Position numbers and translations under genes: made by a program | From: Bilabrum cf. latius | Lineage: Eukaryota | Direction: 5' to 3' | NCBI GenBank assembly: GCA_965178125.1 | Contig: OZ237768.1 | Span: 124,001-188,000, forward strand | Length of the DNA: 64,000 bases | Notes under the pieces: model-generated | The model's input: the letters and a program-made list of their open reading frames with translations, nothing else | Databases searched by the model: none | What the model was told of the DNA's origin: nothing | Part shown: positions 13,551 to 26,760 of the stretch, piece after piece | Layout: each line of letters starts with the position of its first letter | Numbering within the stretch: position 1 is the first letter of the stretch

Positions 13551-13940
13551 ATGGAGCGAAGTCACGTACCAGCGCAAACACAAGTACATGAGGGCACTGC
13601 TGCCCACATGGAACACGCGGATGGCCTCAGCGAGCAGGCCCAACTGAAGTCAAGAGGCAAGTCTAAGCGATTCAATAGTAGGAAGGATCGAATTCTTGTT
13701 GACCAAGAGCGATTTTGGCTGGCACAGCCGGCCCACGGGAATTACGCGGCGAGGAAGGCCGATGCGGACGCGAGGAAGACCATTTCCAGTGCGCTACCGG
13801 CTGCACCAACAGCCAGCTCAAGCTAGGGCAAGCGTCGCTCTAAGGGGAAAAGGAAGCCAATGGGGTCGGGCGTACCGTCAGGCCGGTCAATCTCGAGGCC
13901 GAGAGGTAAGGGTGTGCGGCGTGGTAAAGCTAGCACGTAA
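13551..13940 (+). CDS. Small Lys/Arg-rich hypothetical protein
   Basis: ATG 13551, read through TAG 13824-13826, ends at TAA 13938-13940. No recognisable domain. Confidence 0.4.
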
Positions 13941-14181
13941 TTTGAATAGGGAAGTCCTAGGTGACGAATAATGTCAATTTCAAATCAATTGACTTGTCGT
14001 AGCAGGAATCCACAAAGTACCACGCAACACCGTGACCTAATCGAAGGGGCGAAACCCGTCAACCATTCCACACGCTACCGCCGGCGCCACCGGTCGACAA
14101 GCCGCCATGCTAATCAAACTGAGCCACAAGGAGTTGATTCGGCAGCCATCTAGAAAACTTCTAACTGGCTGCATCCATCGC

Positions 14182-15630
14182 ATGAAGATTACCGCCACGT
14201 GCCTTGCTATGGCTGGGACCATTGGGATTTCGCTGTCGCCGGCGGCACGCGCTCGTGCAAGTGCTGAGAACGGCGCGGGGTACCACTAGTTGCAGGATGC
14301 GCTTCCTGCGCCGCAACAATATCCTAAAGGTACGCCACGATACCGGGGGGTGAATCTGTCGGGGTCGGAGTTCGGAAACAAGTTCTACGCTGGCCTCGTT
14401 CCAAAGATCCCGGATGACATGGTCTCTCTCGCCGTAGCTGGGTCGAACGTTGCGCGATTTCCCATAAAATGGGAGTTTGTGCAACCCAAGGTGTTGGATA
14501 CGCTCGATTCGACGTACGTCTCTGCGATACTTCCCCCGGTTACTGCGTTGCTGTCGAGCGGGTACAGCGTCCTGCTTGACTTGCACTCGTATATGCGGCA
14601 CTGCTCGCCGTCGACCGGCAACTGCACGATCGCAAGCTCCGATCAGCTCGCCGATGTATGGAACAGGCTGCTTGACCCGAGCGTGTTCGGCTCGCTCGCT
14701 CAGAAGCACGGCGGGGACGGCACAGAGACGGGCGCCCAGCTCATGCTCGACCTCATGAACGAGCCGCACAGCATGCCCACCGAGCAGGTGCTCCAGAACT
14801 TGAACGCCGCCATCGGAGCGGTCCGCAAGCGCGGTCTCAAGAACCTCGTGCTTCTGGAGGGCAACGGCTGGACGGGCATGCACAGCTGGACCCAGGCGCA
14901 GGGGCCCGGGAACCCCTCCAACGCGCAGGTGTTCACCAGGCAGAGCATACAGGACCCCGCCGACCACTACGCCATCAACGTGCATCAGTACCTGGACAGC
15001 GACAGCAGCGGCTCCCACGTCCAGTGCGTCCCCATGGGCGAGCTCCCCGGGAAACTCAACTTCGAGCCGTTCCGCGCCTGGATGCAGGCCCAGCGCATGC
15101 GGGTGTTCCTCTCGGAATTCGGGGGGGCCTACAACCAGGGCTGCATCGAGGGAGAGAGGTACCTGCTGGGGCTAGTCACCAACGCGTCCTCGGCGGGAGG
15201 GCCCCAGGACTCTGGATTCATCGGCTGGACGGCGTGGGCCGCGGGGCACGCCTGGGGAGGGGGTTACATATACGGCCTAAACCCTGGGGATCAGGCGCAG
15301 GCCATGGTGGTGGAGGGGCTGGGGCCTTTCCTGCAGTCGCCCACGTGCCGCGCCCCGGGCTTCATCGCGAGCTTTAACGGGACGCCTCCCGGGATCGATA
15401 CCGGGTACAGCGTGCAGCTGCACAACCCGGACTGGAGCGACAAGTTCAGCCTTCCCGGGGGCAAGCCCGGCTCCCCTCCTCCATTAGCTTGCGTGAATGC
15501 GACGCGAGTGACGCGCGGCGACACCATGGTTGCCCTGTACGACGAGCAAGGGAAGCAGACGGTCTGCAAGCAAGAGCTCAGTGCGACCCAGCCCGTGCTC
15601 GACATGGGGTCCTGTGGGGATGCCGTTTGA
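14182..15630 (+). CDS. Secreted glycoside hydrolase family 5 endoglucanase (GH5_5-like), intronless
   Basis: Signal-peptide-like MKITATCLAMAGTIGISLSPAARA joined to the catalytic domain across TAG 14287-14289. Motifs GVNLSGSEFG, RFPIKWE, LLDLHSY, LMNEPH (acid/base Glu), VHQYLDSDSSG, FLSEFG (nucleophile Glu), WAAG. Ends in TGA. Confidence 0.92.
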
Positions 15631-15984
15631 GCTGTGCTATACTGAACTGCACTGATGCACGTTGCTGGAATTTCCTCCCTGTTTTCATGAGTGACTTTCT
15701 CGAATCTTGTCGTATCAATCAATGCCAACAGTTGAAACCAGCTTGGTCGCAATAGTCTACGTGTCCACCCGTTGCCCCGATGCCGCGGCCCGGCCCTGAT
15801 TCTAAAAGATACGATGTGTGCATTGCCTGAATGCTTTGGTTCGTGGCTGAAGCGGTCCACCACTTGTCCTACTGCCCATTTGGTGCATCCCAAAGAGACG
15901 AGTCCACCCCGTCGTCGCAGTGATGGTTGCAACCATGGCGTGGCGTTGGGCGCGTTCTCTGTGACTCATCTATCCAGCGCAACA

Positions 15985-16578
15985 ATGGAAAAAGACGAAG
16001 AATCAGACAGTGTTAGATCACCAACGTTACCTAGCATGATCTTGGCAGTCAAAGGCAACGGGCGGGGCTCTAGGGAACGCGAGACCGCCGGGCCGATGGC
16101 TGGAGCGGTTCCGATGCAGTTAGCAGCGGCAGCCAGCAATGCAGAGACGGCGGTGGGAATAAGCTTAAGTAGCGACATGAAAAAAATATTGCGCCTTGAT
16201 TTGTCGGAAGGATCGCTGGGGCAGCGCGCAGAATCATCACAGGGGCTCCCCAAACACTTGGGTGAAGAAAGCGAAGAATCCGCCAAGGTCGGATTGGCCG
16301 CCAGCCTCGTTCGGCCAGCAGATGCTGGTAGCCGCGATCCGACGCCACGGCGTACAAAATGGGGCCAGCATTCACTGTCAACTCGACCGCATGTGTCTCC
16401 ATCCTCTCCGTCGGCCGCGCTGCAAGGGCCGGTCGATAGGGCACGATCGCGAACGTCGGACATCACACTTGATGCGTTTGGTCGCTCGGAACTCTCAGGC
16501 GTCAGCACGAGCCCGCAGAAGACGAAAGCATCTGCTTTGGAAACGAGCGGGGGTTCGGCCTCAAAGAAGCCGTCTTGA
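15985..16578 (+). CDS. Hypothetical Ser-rich protein
   Basis: Open frame 15772..16578 ending in TGA, with a plausible ATG at 15985. No domain recognised. Confidence 0.4.
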   Translation: MEKDEESDSVRSPTLPSMILAVKGNGRGSRERETAGPMAGAVPMQLAAAASNAETAVGISLSSDMKKILRLDLSEGSLGQRAESSQGLPKHLGEESEESAKVGLAASLVRPADAGSRDPTPRRTKWGQHSLSTRPHVSPSSPSAALQGPVDRARSRTSDITLDAFGRSELSGVSTSPQKTKASALETSGGSASKKPS

Positions 16579-16622
16579 GCTGAAAATATATCTCGGAAGA
16601 ATTCAGGCAACAGCTTGTCAAG

Positions 16623-17225
16623 TCAGGTTCGGTCACCACTTTGTTCACTCCCATCCTCTTCCCCATCGTCTTGCTCGGCATCGTACCATTGTTTGGCTCG
16701 CATCGCTTCGTATGCTGTGTCTCCTACAGCGATTGGGCTCACGATCGTGGGCACATTCAGCCATCCCGGCGTTGCAATGGACCTGCGTAGCATCACCGCA
16801 GACAGCACGGCGCTAGTTCCCGCAGCAAGAGCGTGCCCCTCCGCACAGTCCCCTGTAGATATTAAATGGGCGGCGTACCCGTAGGCGGCGGCCAGTCCTA
16901 CAGATGCAAAACGGAAGTGATAAGGTGGGCGCACAATCAAGCAATCGTCTGCGACAGGCATGGGCCCTAGATACTAGCTAGCTCACCAAGTCCAGCTACA
17001 AGGGATGGCACACTACGAGACTTGGCGAATGCATACATCCCAGAGCCCGCCGATATCCCTGCGGGGCTTCGTGACGCACTATCGTGGCAGATGCAACACT
17101 GTTGCAGCATTTGGGTAAAGTCGCCAGTCTTCGAAATAGAGAAACCCAGAATAAAACATACCTGCCATAGTGAGGGCCATGTGAGCCTTCCCTGTCGGCA
17201 TTGCTTGTTTCAAGCTCGTCGACAT
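16623..17225 (-). CDS. TMEM14 (Tmemb_14) family small membrane protein, 3 exons
   Basis: Exons 17225-17162, 17058-16987 and 16897-16623 with GT-AG introns give ...HMALTMAGISAGSGMYAFAKSRSVPSLVAGLGLAAAYGYAAHLI...GHALA...; the SVPSLVAG motif is typical of the family. Ends in TGA. Confidence 0.75.
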
Positions 17226-17357
17226 GAGATGAGGCGAAAATACGCAAGCAGCTTTTTTGGCGGTTCCGGTTCGCAGGGACTTGTTTTGGCTCGCTCCAAA
17301 TCCCGTCCAAGGCTCTTAAGGTCAATGTTGGCCCTACAGCCCGGTCATTCATCGTCG

Positions 17358-19478
17358 TCAACCCCGCTCCAGTTCCTCCTCCATCGTTACGTCCCTCGCC
17401 GCCCCCGACAGCAGCATGCCCATCATGTCGCTGGCAAAGTGCTGTGCAGACCTGCGGGTCACCTTGGAAAAGATCTGACCCCCTTGCTCCCTCTCCCACG
17501 TGCACCTCTCCTGCATGGACACGTTCGTGGCATACCACCACGAAGATCTCAGGCTCTGCCTCTCCCCCCGCTGTAGGGCGTGCATCCATTGAGCCAAAGC
17601 AACCTGCTCCCGCTCGTCTGGGCAGTAGATGGGATACCCGATGGCTCGCACACCCGTAGCCGCTGCCAGCCTGTAGATGGGCAGCCAGTACTTGTAGGAG
17701 GATGAGGCAGGAACGAACTGGCCCACAACCGAGTCCATCCGCATCGACATCAGGTGGAACAGCCCGGCCCCGTGCACGCCCACCAACACGTCAGCAGCGC
17801 TCGCCAGCCGCACCTGCTCGTGCGCCTTCAGTTTCTCAAACTCGCCCACCGCCACTCGAAAACCCGCCAGGTGCAGCTCCAGTGCGAGCTGCTGGTGCGT
17901 GGCCGGGTCAGTGCTCCGCCTGGAGTCCTGAGGCCGCCGCACGATCACCGCGGTCGGGGGCCAGCTCCTGGGCCTGCGCCTGTCCCCGCCTGCTGCGGCC
18001 ACGATCAGGTCGGCCAGCGCGATACCTGTCCTGGACGCGCTGGCAAGCGCCTGCCCCTATTGCTGGGACAGGTCGAAGCTGGGCCGCGCACCGACTCGGA
18101 GCCGACGAAGGCAAACGAATCCGGGCACACCCCCGCTCGAATCATGACCCGCACCCCCGCTCTCTTGTTCCCCAGCCCTCTCCAAGAACTTCCGCCCCCA
18201 GGAGTGCCCCCCTCTGGCCGCCTCCTCGTACAGAGCCCGCACCTGCTCCCGGGTCTCGATGTGACCTCCGCTCCTGGTCAGCCAGGCCAGCCGATCCGCC
18301 ACCATCTCCGAGTAGCCTCCAGTCTCCAGCCTGACAGACAGCATCTAGCCATCGCGCTTGATGGCCGGCATGAACAGAACCGTGCCGTCGTTGTGAGGCG
18401 CTGGCGATCGGTAGGGACTAGCCACAGTCTCGCCGTAGGACTGCTCGAATGCCCGCAGGATGTGACGCGTGGCCCGCTGCATGCTGGCCTCTGTGGGGGG
18501 CCGCTCAAGAGCCACGTCCTCTGGCCTAGCCGCCGCGGATCGTTGCGCCCTCGCTCGCTGCTCCTTGGTGGTCTCCAGGGGCTGGAAGAGACTATCGATG
18601 CCCTGCTGCTTGCCCATCTCGTCCCAGCGGGCGAAAGCGAGTGGGAAGGCATTGTGGATGAGCATGTGACCCACATGGCCCAGGTTAATCAGAGATGGCA
18701 CAAACCAGGGGGCCTCCCACCACGGAGAGAAGTAGGTTGAAGAGTCCACCCCGGCTCTCGTCCCAGCCGTCCCATCCCCGGGACTACCAGAATCGTTCCC
18801 TTGGTCGTCCCATCCGTCGCACCGCACCCACGGATGCTCGTCCGTCGTGGAGGCGTGCAGGTTGTATTGCGTCAGTGCATTTGCCCACTAATTCGCCAGC
18901 TACCGCCGATGCCTCCCGCCAAAGACCACGGCGCGGCCAGACACAGCCACGTTGTGCAGCACCAGCGTCGAGTTGGCCTCCACGGGCTCCTCCGTCCCGA
19001 CTCCGCGCTGCTCAGGAGCAAGCCGGCTGGGCTCGACGACCCACAGCTCGCGCACGAAGCTATCATTATCTACGTATTGTCGGCCATTGCTGGCCTTCTC
19101 CGTATTCTTGCTCGGCTGCCACGTCGAAGCCCGGCGACGAACTACTGCAATGCTCGCTCCGACTGACCTGGAAGCGAACTTGGCAGCACCCTCCAGGAAT
19201 GCAGAGTTGGTCGACGCATCAGATTTGTTGTGCATCAATTGCGGGCTTGAGCTGGGCAGGCTAATTGCCGAAACAACGTAGCCATCAATAGAACAATGCG
19301 AGACTCCGCGGTTCATTGCTCGGACACTGAGCAACGCTTCTGATTCGTTTGGCGCAAACTGTGCAGGGCCCAAGCATGAACCTACTAGCGATGATGCCTA
19401 TGATATCGCCACAACACTTGCCTCTGCGTAACCTGTGCACAGTGCCACCGACAGGATAGCACCCGTTCGAAACCACAT
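17358..19478 (-). CDS. Glycosyltransferase family 61-like (EOGT-type) protein with N-terminal signal/anchor
   Basis: C-terminal motif EQVRLASAADVLVGVHGAGLFHLM. One frame from ATG 19478 (MWFRTGAILSVALCTGYAEA) to TGA 17358-17360, crossing TAGs at 19398, 18900, 18888, 18345 and 18057. Confidence 0.8.
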
Positions 19479-19911
19479 GGATCACCTAGCCGTACCCACC
19501 CTTTCGCGCCCTCTTCCAGCGGAACCCTCCCCTAACAACTAAACAGCAAACTTTCTCGCTTCGTTTTTGCGCTGGTCCGCTCGTTCACGGTTGATTGTGC
19601 TCATCACTTCCAGCATTGATCCGAGCCGAGCGCGCGGTTCAAACTTTTGAATTATCAGAACCCCCGAGCGCCGGACCATTCGTGCCACTCTTACCTAAAA
19701 ACAGAGGGGAAAAGTAAGTATTATTAAAACAGAACACCTCTTAAGTTATTCTGTTCCAGAAACACCCACTGTGTCCGTATTGTGTTTCATCCCTACGGGA
19801 GATGGCGGGACCGTCCCGGCTGTTGCGTAGGCACCTGTACGGTGCCGACTATTGAGCCTTGTGCTCGACCACATAGAATGTGTTCCCAGATTGACAGCTT
19901 TCGTCACTCCG

Positions 19912-22900
19912 TCAGCTTCTCCGGCTACGGCCGACTGGTGCAGGCATGGCTGGCCTCCCCTTGCTGCCAACCATGGACTCATCCAGCACGACAGCACCCG
20001 CCCGGAAGCGGTCCATCTTCTCCGCACTCGTCATGTGGCGGACCTCGTGCTGCCGGGGTCCCTTTTCCGCCCCGAGTCGCTCCGTCCTCTCCAGCTGTTC
20101 CCTGTGCTCGGCCCGCTCCCTCGCCGCCCTCTCCCGCTCCGCCCGCCTCCCCGCCCTCGCCCTCGCCGTCTCCTCCCTCCGGGCCTGCTCCGGGTCGAAG
20201 TGCAGAGGAGCCACCAACAGCCTACCCGGCTGCGCGGCCTCCTTGCGCGCCGCCTCCTCGCGCGAAAACGTCTCCCGCACGCGCTCCCCCGCCGCCCGCA
20301 GCTCCTCCCGCACGCTCGCCCTGGCCCTCTGGCCCGTAGTCCCGACCCCGTGAGGCGGTGCATGCGAATGCGAATGCGAATGCGAATGAGAATGAGAATG
20401 GGAATGCGGCTGAGGATGGGAGGCGGGCATCGACGCGCTCGCACCTGCACCGCGCGGCGCCTTCCTCTCGTGCGGAACCAGGGGCAGCTCCCCTCTCCTC
20501 TGCTTGTCGAAGGCCGAGGCAGACGTACTCATGAGCCCACGCTCCCGCCTCATCTGCTCGTCGAACTGACGGGCTGCGGGCGTCTTGGCGTTCTGGTCGA
20601 GAGCGCCCTTCTGGAAGCGGGGGTCGAAGGTGTGCTGCCGTCGGTGGAACATGCGCTGCGCCGAGGCATCGCTCCGCAGCCAGTGCGCCACGTGACTCGC
20701 GATCCCCTGGGCCACCTTGGCGGGCGGACAGGCCGCCCCCACTTGCACGGCTCTAATCTCTGGTAGGGGCAGGCCCGGCTGGGGCTTGATGGGATACGCC
20801 TCCCCCAGTGGCTCTGCGAGCGAGCGCCAGGGCATGTGCAGGAGCGTGCCAACAGTCGAGTAGCCCGAGCGCCTGAGGGCGGCGATCCACGGGCGGGCCA
20901 TGGCCCGGGCCACTCGGAGCCTCTCGCGAATGAGCATGGTCTGTTTCTTCAGGGCGTACGTGGCTTTGGATGAGACGGCAGCGGATCCGGATCCTGCTGC
21001 TGCGGTGCCCTGGCGACTCTCTCCTGCTCCCGTTCCCCTGCTGCTGCCGCGACTGCTGGGCCTGCTCCCGTTCCTTCTCTTGCGTTTCCTCTTCTACTTC
21101 TCCTCCTCGAGTTTAGCCCGGGCGTCTGCCTGCAGCGCATCCGCGTCGATGGCCACCAGCTACCTGAGGAACAAATCGTAGGGAACAAGCACCCGCAGCT
21201 GCTCCGAGGCTGGCCTCTGGATGGCCTGCCGGAAGTCGGACATGCCCACCACCGTGGGGCACGGCAGAGGGAACTAAAAGGCCAGCTGCATCACGGCGGG
21301 CTCGATGTCCTCGTCCAGCCCCCGCACAGCCCTCAGCAGCGACAGCTCCCTGTGCATCTTGCCCATGCGCTCCACCACGCTCACCTGCAGGGCCTCCACC
21401 TCCATCAGGGCCTGCTCGCTGAAGTCCTGCTGCGCCCTCAGGGCACCCATCCCGTAGGCAGCCGCCGCCTCCTCTTCCTCCTGCTCCCCCTCCCCGCCCT
21501 AGCCCCCGCCCCTCCTACCCCCCATTCTCCTAAGTGCCAGGGGACTCCCCCCTCCCCCCCCCCCGAGCCCCATGGACTGCAGGGCTCGATCGGCCCGCCT
21601 CTCGCTGCGAGCACCAAGCGCCGCCCTAAGGCGATGTGCCGCCAGTCCGTCGTCGGCCTCGAGCACAGTGAACCCGGGGGGCAGCACGAAGCAGTCCTGC
21701 ATCTCGTCGGGCCCGGGACCCCCGTCCTCTGTGCGCAGGGACCGCCTCCCTGGGCGAGCCGCCCTCGCCGCCCTGCTGACCTTCATCTCCGAGAGGTCCG
21801 TGGGAGCGATGAGCCTCGAGCTTGACGATTGCGCGACCGCCAGAGCCTCCTGGAGCCCGCCGGCGTCCGTGAAGCCGTACGCCTCCTCGGGCCCTGAGAA
21901 CAGCCCTAGCTAACGGAAGAGCAGGCCCATGGGAGCCGCCCGCCGCCCCGCCGCCCCGCCGCCCATCGCGGAGGAAGGGGGTCTCCGGGGGAACAGTCCA
22001 CCGGGACGCCCGGGGTCTTCTGCGAGGCCCTCCCCTCTCTGAGTCGTGAACGGGACCATGGACCCGGCCGTCGCCGCTGTGTCCCCCATGGTGGGGGTAG
22101 GCGAAAACGACGGGGAGGGCTCGCCCCCGGGGGCCTGGAGGGGGGAGGCAGGTGGCAGCAGCTGCGCCCGGTGCCCTTCCCCGGAGGGAGTGGATTGCCG
22201 TATGCCAGTGTCTCCCATGGCCACACCACCTCCCGCGGCCGGCCCACCCGTGATGAAGACGGGCGGGGGCGAGCCGCCGCCACGGCTTCCCTTTGTTGTT
22301 CCCTTTCTGCCCCTGCCCCTGCCTCTGCCCTCCCTAGACCCAGGCCTAGACCCCTGACGGGAGCCGCCCACCGGAGTGCCCCCCCTCCCGAAATCCACCG
22401 TCGCGTCGGGTGACAGGCCCATCCGCTGGCCCCGGATGGTGTTTCCTCCCCAGGCCGCCGCTCCCTCCATCGCCTTGTGCCTGCCGTCCTCCTCACCTTG
22501 TTCCCCGGTGTACGTGGCCTTGAGCCCCTTGCGCGCAGCCAGCCTGCCCGCCGCCTTCTCGTCCGATGCGAGGTCTTCCAGAAGCCTCTCGCCCATGCTT
22601 TTGTGCGGCTAAACCAGCGCCTTGGTCTGCATGTCGCTTCGCCGGTGCTGGCTCAGCGTCCGGGTGCCAGTGCTCAGCAGCGTGGCCCCGGCGGGCTTGG
22701 GCCGGCTCGCATAGAGGGCCCTCACCAGCGATGGAGTGGACAGCTGCTCAGCGGCGGCCACCACCCGCAGCAGCCTCTGCAGCGCCGCTGCCACCGCAGG
22801 CTCCACCCCGGCGCCCTCCAGGTCCACGCTCGCCACGTCTGCGACGGTGCGGGCCCCCACGGCGAAGAGAGACGCGATGGCTGGGGCCGCCACCTTCCTC

Positions 22901-25900
22901 GCCGCAGTCTCCCACTGCACCTTGAGCAGGCCGGGGGGCAGTTCCCCGAACAGCCGGGCCGCCTCCTCCCCCGCCCCGATCCTCGCAAAGTCCGGAGGGG
23001 CCTCTTCAAACCTGCCCTGAGCCCCCGCCTGTCCCAGGCCCCCTCCCCCCAGCCGCCTGCCCTCCTCCCCAATGGGTCCGTCCAGCGCGGAGCCCGTCTT
23101 TGTCTCGCCCGCAGCCCCTCCCCTCCTGTTCCCGGGGCCCTGTTTCCTCTCCTCCTCCTCCCTTTGCTGCTCAGCAGTGGACCGCATCAAGTTCCCCGCA
23201 CGTGCTGCCGCCTCCGCGATTGCCCTGGTCTCCGGTGATAGCATCCGCATCCGCTTCTCCTCCCCGAGAGAGTCCAGCCACCGGAGAACACCTTCGGGGA
23301 TGGGCAGCACCCTGAAGGCAGCGTGCAGGCACAGCAGGTCCGCAGGCCCGCGCATGCCCCGCACGTCCAGAAGCAAGGAACGGCCCGAGGGCCTGCCCCC
23401 GCCGTGCTTGGCCAGCAGGCCTTCCGCCTCGGCTATGGCCTCCGTCCCGGTGCGCACCACCATATGCGCCCCCGAGGCCGAGTCCTCGCCCGCTCCCGGC
23501 TGCCCATGCACGTTGCCGTTTGCTGCCCCGTGTGGCACCATCGCCAGCCTCTCACCCTCGGCTCCTGGGGCGGGATCCACCGGCGGATCCGCAACCGCCA
23601 GCGGATCTCGCCGCGCGCCGGCACCGCCATCTGCTCGAGCTTCCTGCCCACCACCTCCTAGCCGGTTCAGCTGCCCGGTCAGAGGGGTGTTCACTGCCAT
23701 GGTGGGTGCGGGGGCCGCCGGTTCCCTCCCCTCTGTCCGACTAACGGCTTCCTGCGGCTGCATGCGACCAAGCCGCTCCGCCTCAGAGCCTGCGCCCTTG
23801 GGCGGGAACTTTGTCTCGTGCAGCACTTCTGCCTGTCTGCGCTGCAGGTGCGCCAGCGCCTCCTGCCCCAGCTGGGCGGCTGGCGTGGCTGCCTCGCCGG
23901 GCGCCAGGCCCGTGTCGATACCTGCAGGACTGGCACTGGGATCGGCGCTGCTGCTCTTGCCTGTATCGCCCATTGGTCTTGCGTGCGCCTGCACGGCTTG
24001 CTGGGAGAACAGGCCCCCGGATCCACTGGCAGATGCCGCCGCCTGCACCTAGCCCATCCCATCCGGACTGGCGAACGGCCGGCGACTGCCCACCGCGCTC
24101 TCTAGAGGAGCCACCACGGGAGTGGCCAGGCTCCGACGAGACTGCGCGAATGCATCCAAGGCGCCAGGGTGACCCGTGGAGGGAGTTGGAGCTCCGGCGG
24201 GGAGGGATGGAGGCACGTGGGACCGCACGGTCTGCTGGAAGGGGTCTGCCAAGGGCTCCCCGTGGGATCGCACGCCGACGAAGCCGTTGCCGGGGAGGGC
24301 CGCAGATGCCGCGAGGGAGGGTGCAGCCGAGGCCACCGTGCCCACGGACCCCTGCGTGAGTCCCATGCCCGCACCACCACCACGAGCCAAAGAAGCAGAC
24401 GTCCCGCTCCCCCTGCGGCCCGCCCCGCTGCCACTCCTGCCCCGCCTCACGCCCGCCAGCTCCTCGATGGCGCGCATCTCATCTGCCAGGCGCCGATCCT
24501 TCACGCCGTCCCGTAACCCACGCAGCACCTCGCTGTTGTTTGCGTCCACCACGAAGCGAGTGCCACCATGCGATAGGGGATTCCCGGGCTCGTCGTACCC
24601 GGTCCGCATGCCCCCGGTGCTGCCCTGGCTCGCCCTCCTCCTCCCCCCAGATCGAGACGCAGACCCAGCAGCATTGGACCTAGACGAGACAGAGGCAGAG
24701 GACCGTCTCCGCCGCCCCTTCTCCTTCCACTGAGTGCCCTGCCTCGCCGCCCACGTCGGGTCCAGCATGGTCTCCTCCTTGGCGTTCTGCACCGTCAGCG
24801 GCAGCCCCGAGCCTCCCTTTCCTTGCTCCCTGGCCAGGGCCTCTGCTGCTCTATCCCGCCGGTCCCTCTGCGTGTGGTGCGACAGGTACATGCGCTCCAC
24901 CAGGGCCAGCTGCAAGTCACCATCAGTGGCCCCAGCCCCAGCCCCTGCGCGGCTACCGGTGCCGCCCCTGACCCCTCCCGCATTGTTCTTCCTGCTTTTC
25001 CTGCCGCCCCCGCCTTTCGTGGCGCTGCCCGCCACTGCTCTGAATTGCGCCATGTCTCTGTCCTCCCTGTCCCTCTGCTCGCCCTGCTCCGACTTGAGGT
25101 TCTGCAGCTGCTGCAGGAACGCGAAGGCCTGCCTCTCCTCCCTCAGCCGCATTGAGTCGGCCTTCTCGAACTCTCGATTCACGGCCGCCAGCATGCCCCA
25201 CAGGTCCCCTCCAGCCAGGAATGCATCCGCCATGCCCCTGAGCCGCGGGTGCGAGATGTATCCCAGCTGCTTGCGCATGTAGGCTTCCCTGCGCCCGAAC
25301 ATGCCCCTCACCACCCTCTGGATCTCCGCGGCAGCCCTGTCTCTAAGGGCCTCCCTCCTGGCCTTAGCCCTCTTGATCCTCTCCTCCCTCTTCACCACCT
25401 CCTGAGTCTTCCTCCTCCTCAGCTCCCCGAAGATCTCCTCCCTCCGCCTGTACACGGCGTGCATCCTCCACACCGTCTGGATCCGGATGGCCTCTTCCCA
25501 CTGCCTCCCGTACATCTTTGCGTGCCACTTCTCCCAGTACACCTTCCTCGCCCGGTGCCCCCTCCACACCCTCTGCAAGCCGATCGCAGCCTCGTGCTGC
25601 ACGTGGTTCACCAGCCGAGGCAGCACCCGAGACCTGACCAGGTAGCCCTTCCACACCGCCTGGATCGCGACCGCGGCGCTCTCCACAAGCAGCTTGTACC
25701 TGATCTGAGCCACCCGCACACGGGCCAGCCTCCCCCTGACGATCCTCGTCAGGTGCGGGGCCGCCAGCTCCCTGATCCGATCCTCGCACACCCTCTGATT
25801 GTCCACGAGCCTCAGCACGGCCTGCTGGCTCTGGTTCAGGAGCGGGTCTAGCTGCGGCCGGATCTGGTCCACCCTCACTCGCTGTGGTGTCCCGTGGATG

Positions 25901-26574
25901 AGCGTGGTATCGATGAAGATGCCCGAGCCGGCCCCCAGCGCGATCACAGTGGGGTCCTCAAGCTGCATCAGCAGCGTCTCACGGCCAGCCAGCATGGCCT
26001 CGGCGCGGACCTGACGCGCCGCAAACGTCCGTATGGCGCTCCGCAGCGCCAATCGGCTTCGTCGCCACGTCCATATGGACTTTCCGAGTCGGGCATCAAA
26101 CCGCGGATCCGGGCAGGTCGCCGCACGGCTCCACTCGATCCGGTAGTCGTCGCCGGCCCGCGATATTACGGCAGCATCGTAGGTGGACGTCTTGCTCAAC
26201 TTCGTGTATGCTTCATAATCCTACTTGGCTGCGGCGGAATGTGAAGAGGGCGGGGCGCAACACCACGACAGCGTGCACCGCGTGCAATCGCTAACGGCAA
26301 TCTACCAACAAAGCGGTGATTCTGCCGCGAAGCAGAGCTTGATTCAAAGCAAGCTTCATGAAGCGTGTTTAAAACGTAGACATGCAACATCATGCAAGCA
26401 CTTACTGCTAAATACTGCCTCAAACTTAGGTAGCTCGCCCATGTCACCTCGTGCAGTCGATGCTCGCCGGCGATCGGCAAGGGACATGGCTTTCGATTTT
26501 TTCTTGCCCTTGCCGGTTCTACCGCTCTTGGTTGATGTAGCAGCGCTTCCAGAGGCCCCGCTTGCGGCCGCCAT
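19912..26574 (-). CDS. Large IQ (calmodulin-binding) motif protein, about 2150 aa, 2 exons
   Basis: IQ motifs AIQAVWKGYLVR, GLQRVWRGHRAR, RIQTVWRMHAVY and EIQRVVRGMFGR. ORFs 24049..26199, 22609..24048, 21910..22596, 21499..21786 and 19912..20937 share a frame joined by TAGs and end in TGA. First exon from ATG 26574 to a GTAAGT donor near 26405; acceptor near 26229. Confidence 0.75.
20366..20410. repeat. (GAATGC/GAATGA)n hexamer microsatellite encoding a Ser-His repeat
   Basis: Tandem hexamers visible directly; reads HSHSHSHSH in the minus-strand IQ-protein frame. Confidence 0.8.
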
Positions 26575-26760
26575 GGCCGTAGCAACGTGATTTTCATTTT
26601 ATTCGCACAGCACACTTGTGAACGTTCGGTTCCGGTTCGTAGACATCTGTTCGTCGCAGGAGAGGGCTCGACATGGTTGGTGGTCGAGAAGAAGCTCACT
26701 GGATGTATGATTCATGCGCAAGCATGGCAACGCCTCCACGGTCGGCAGCCATGCGCAGCC

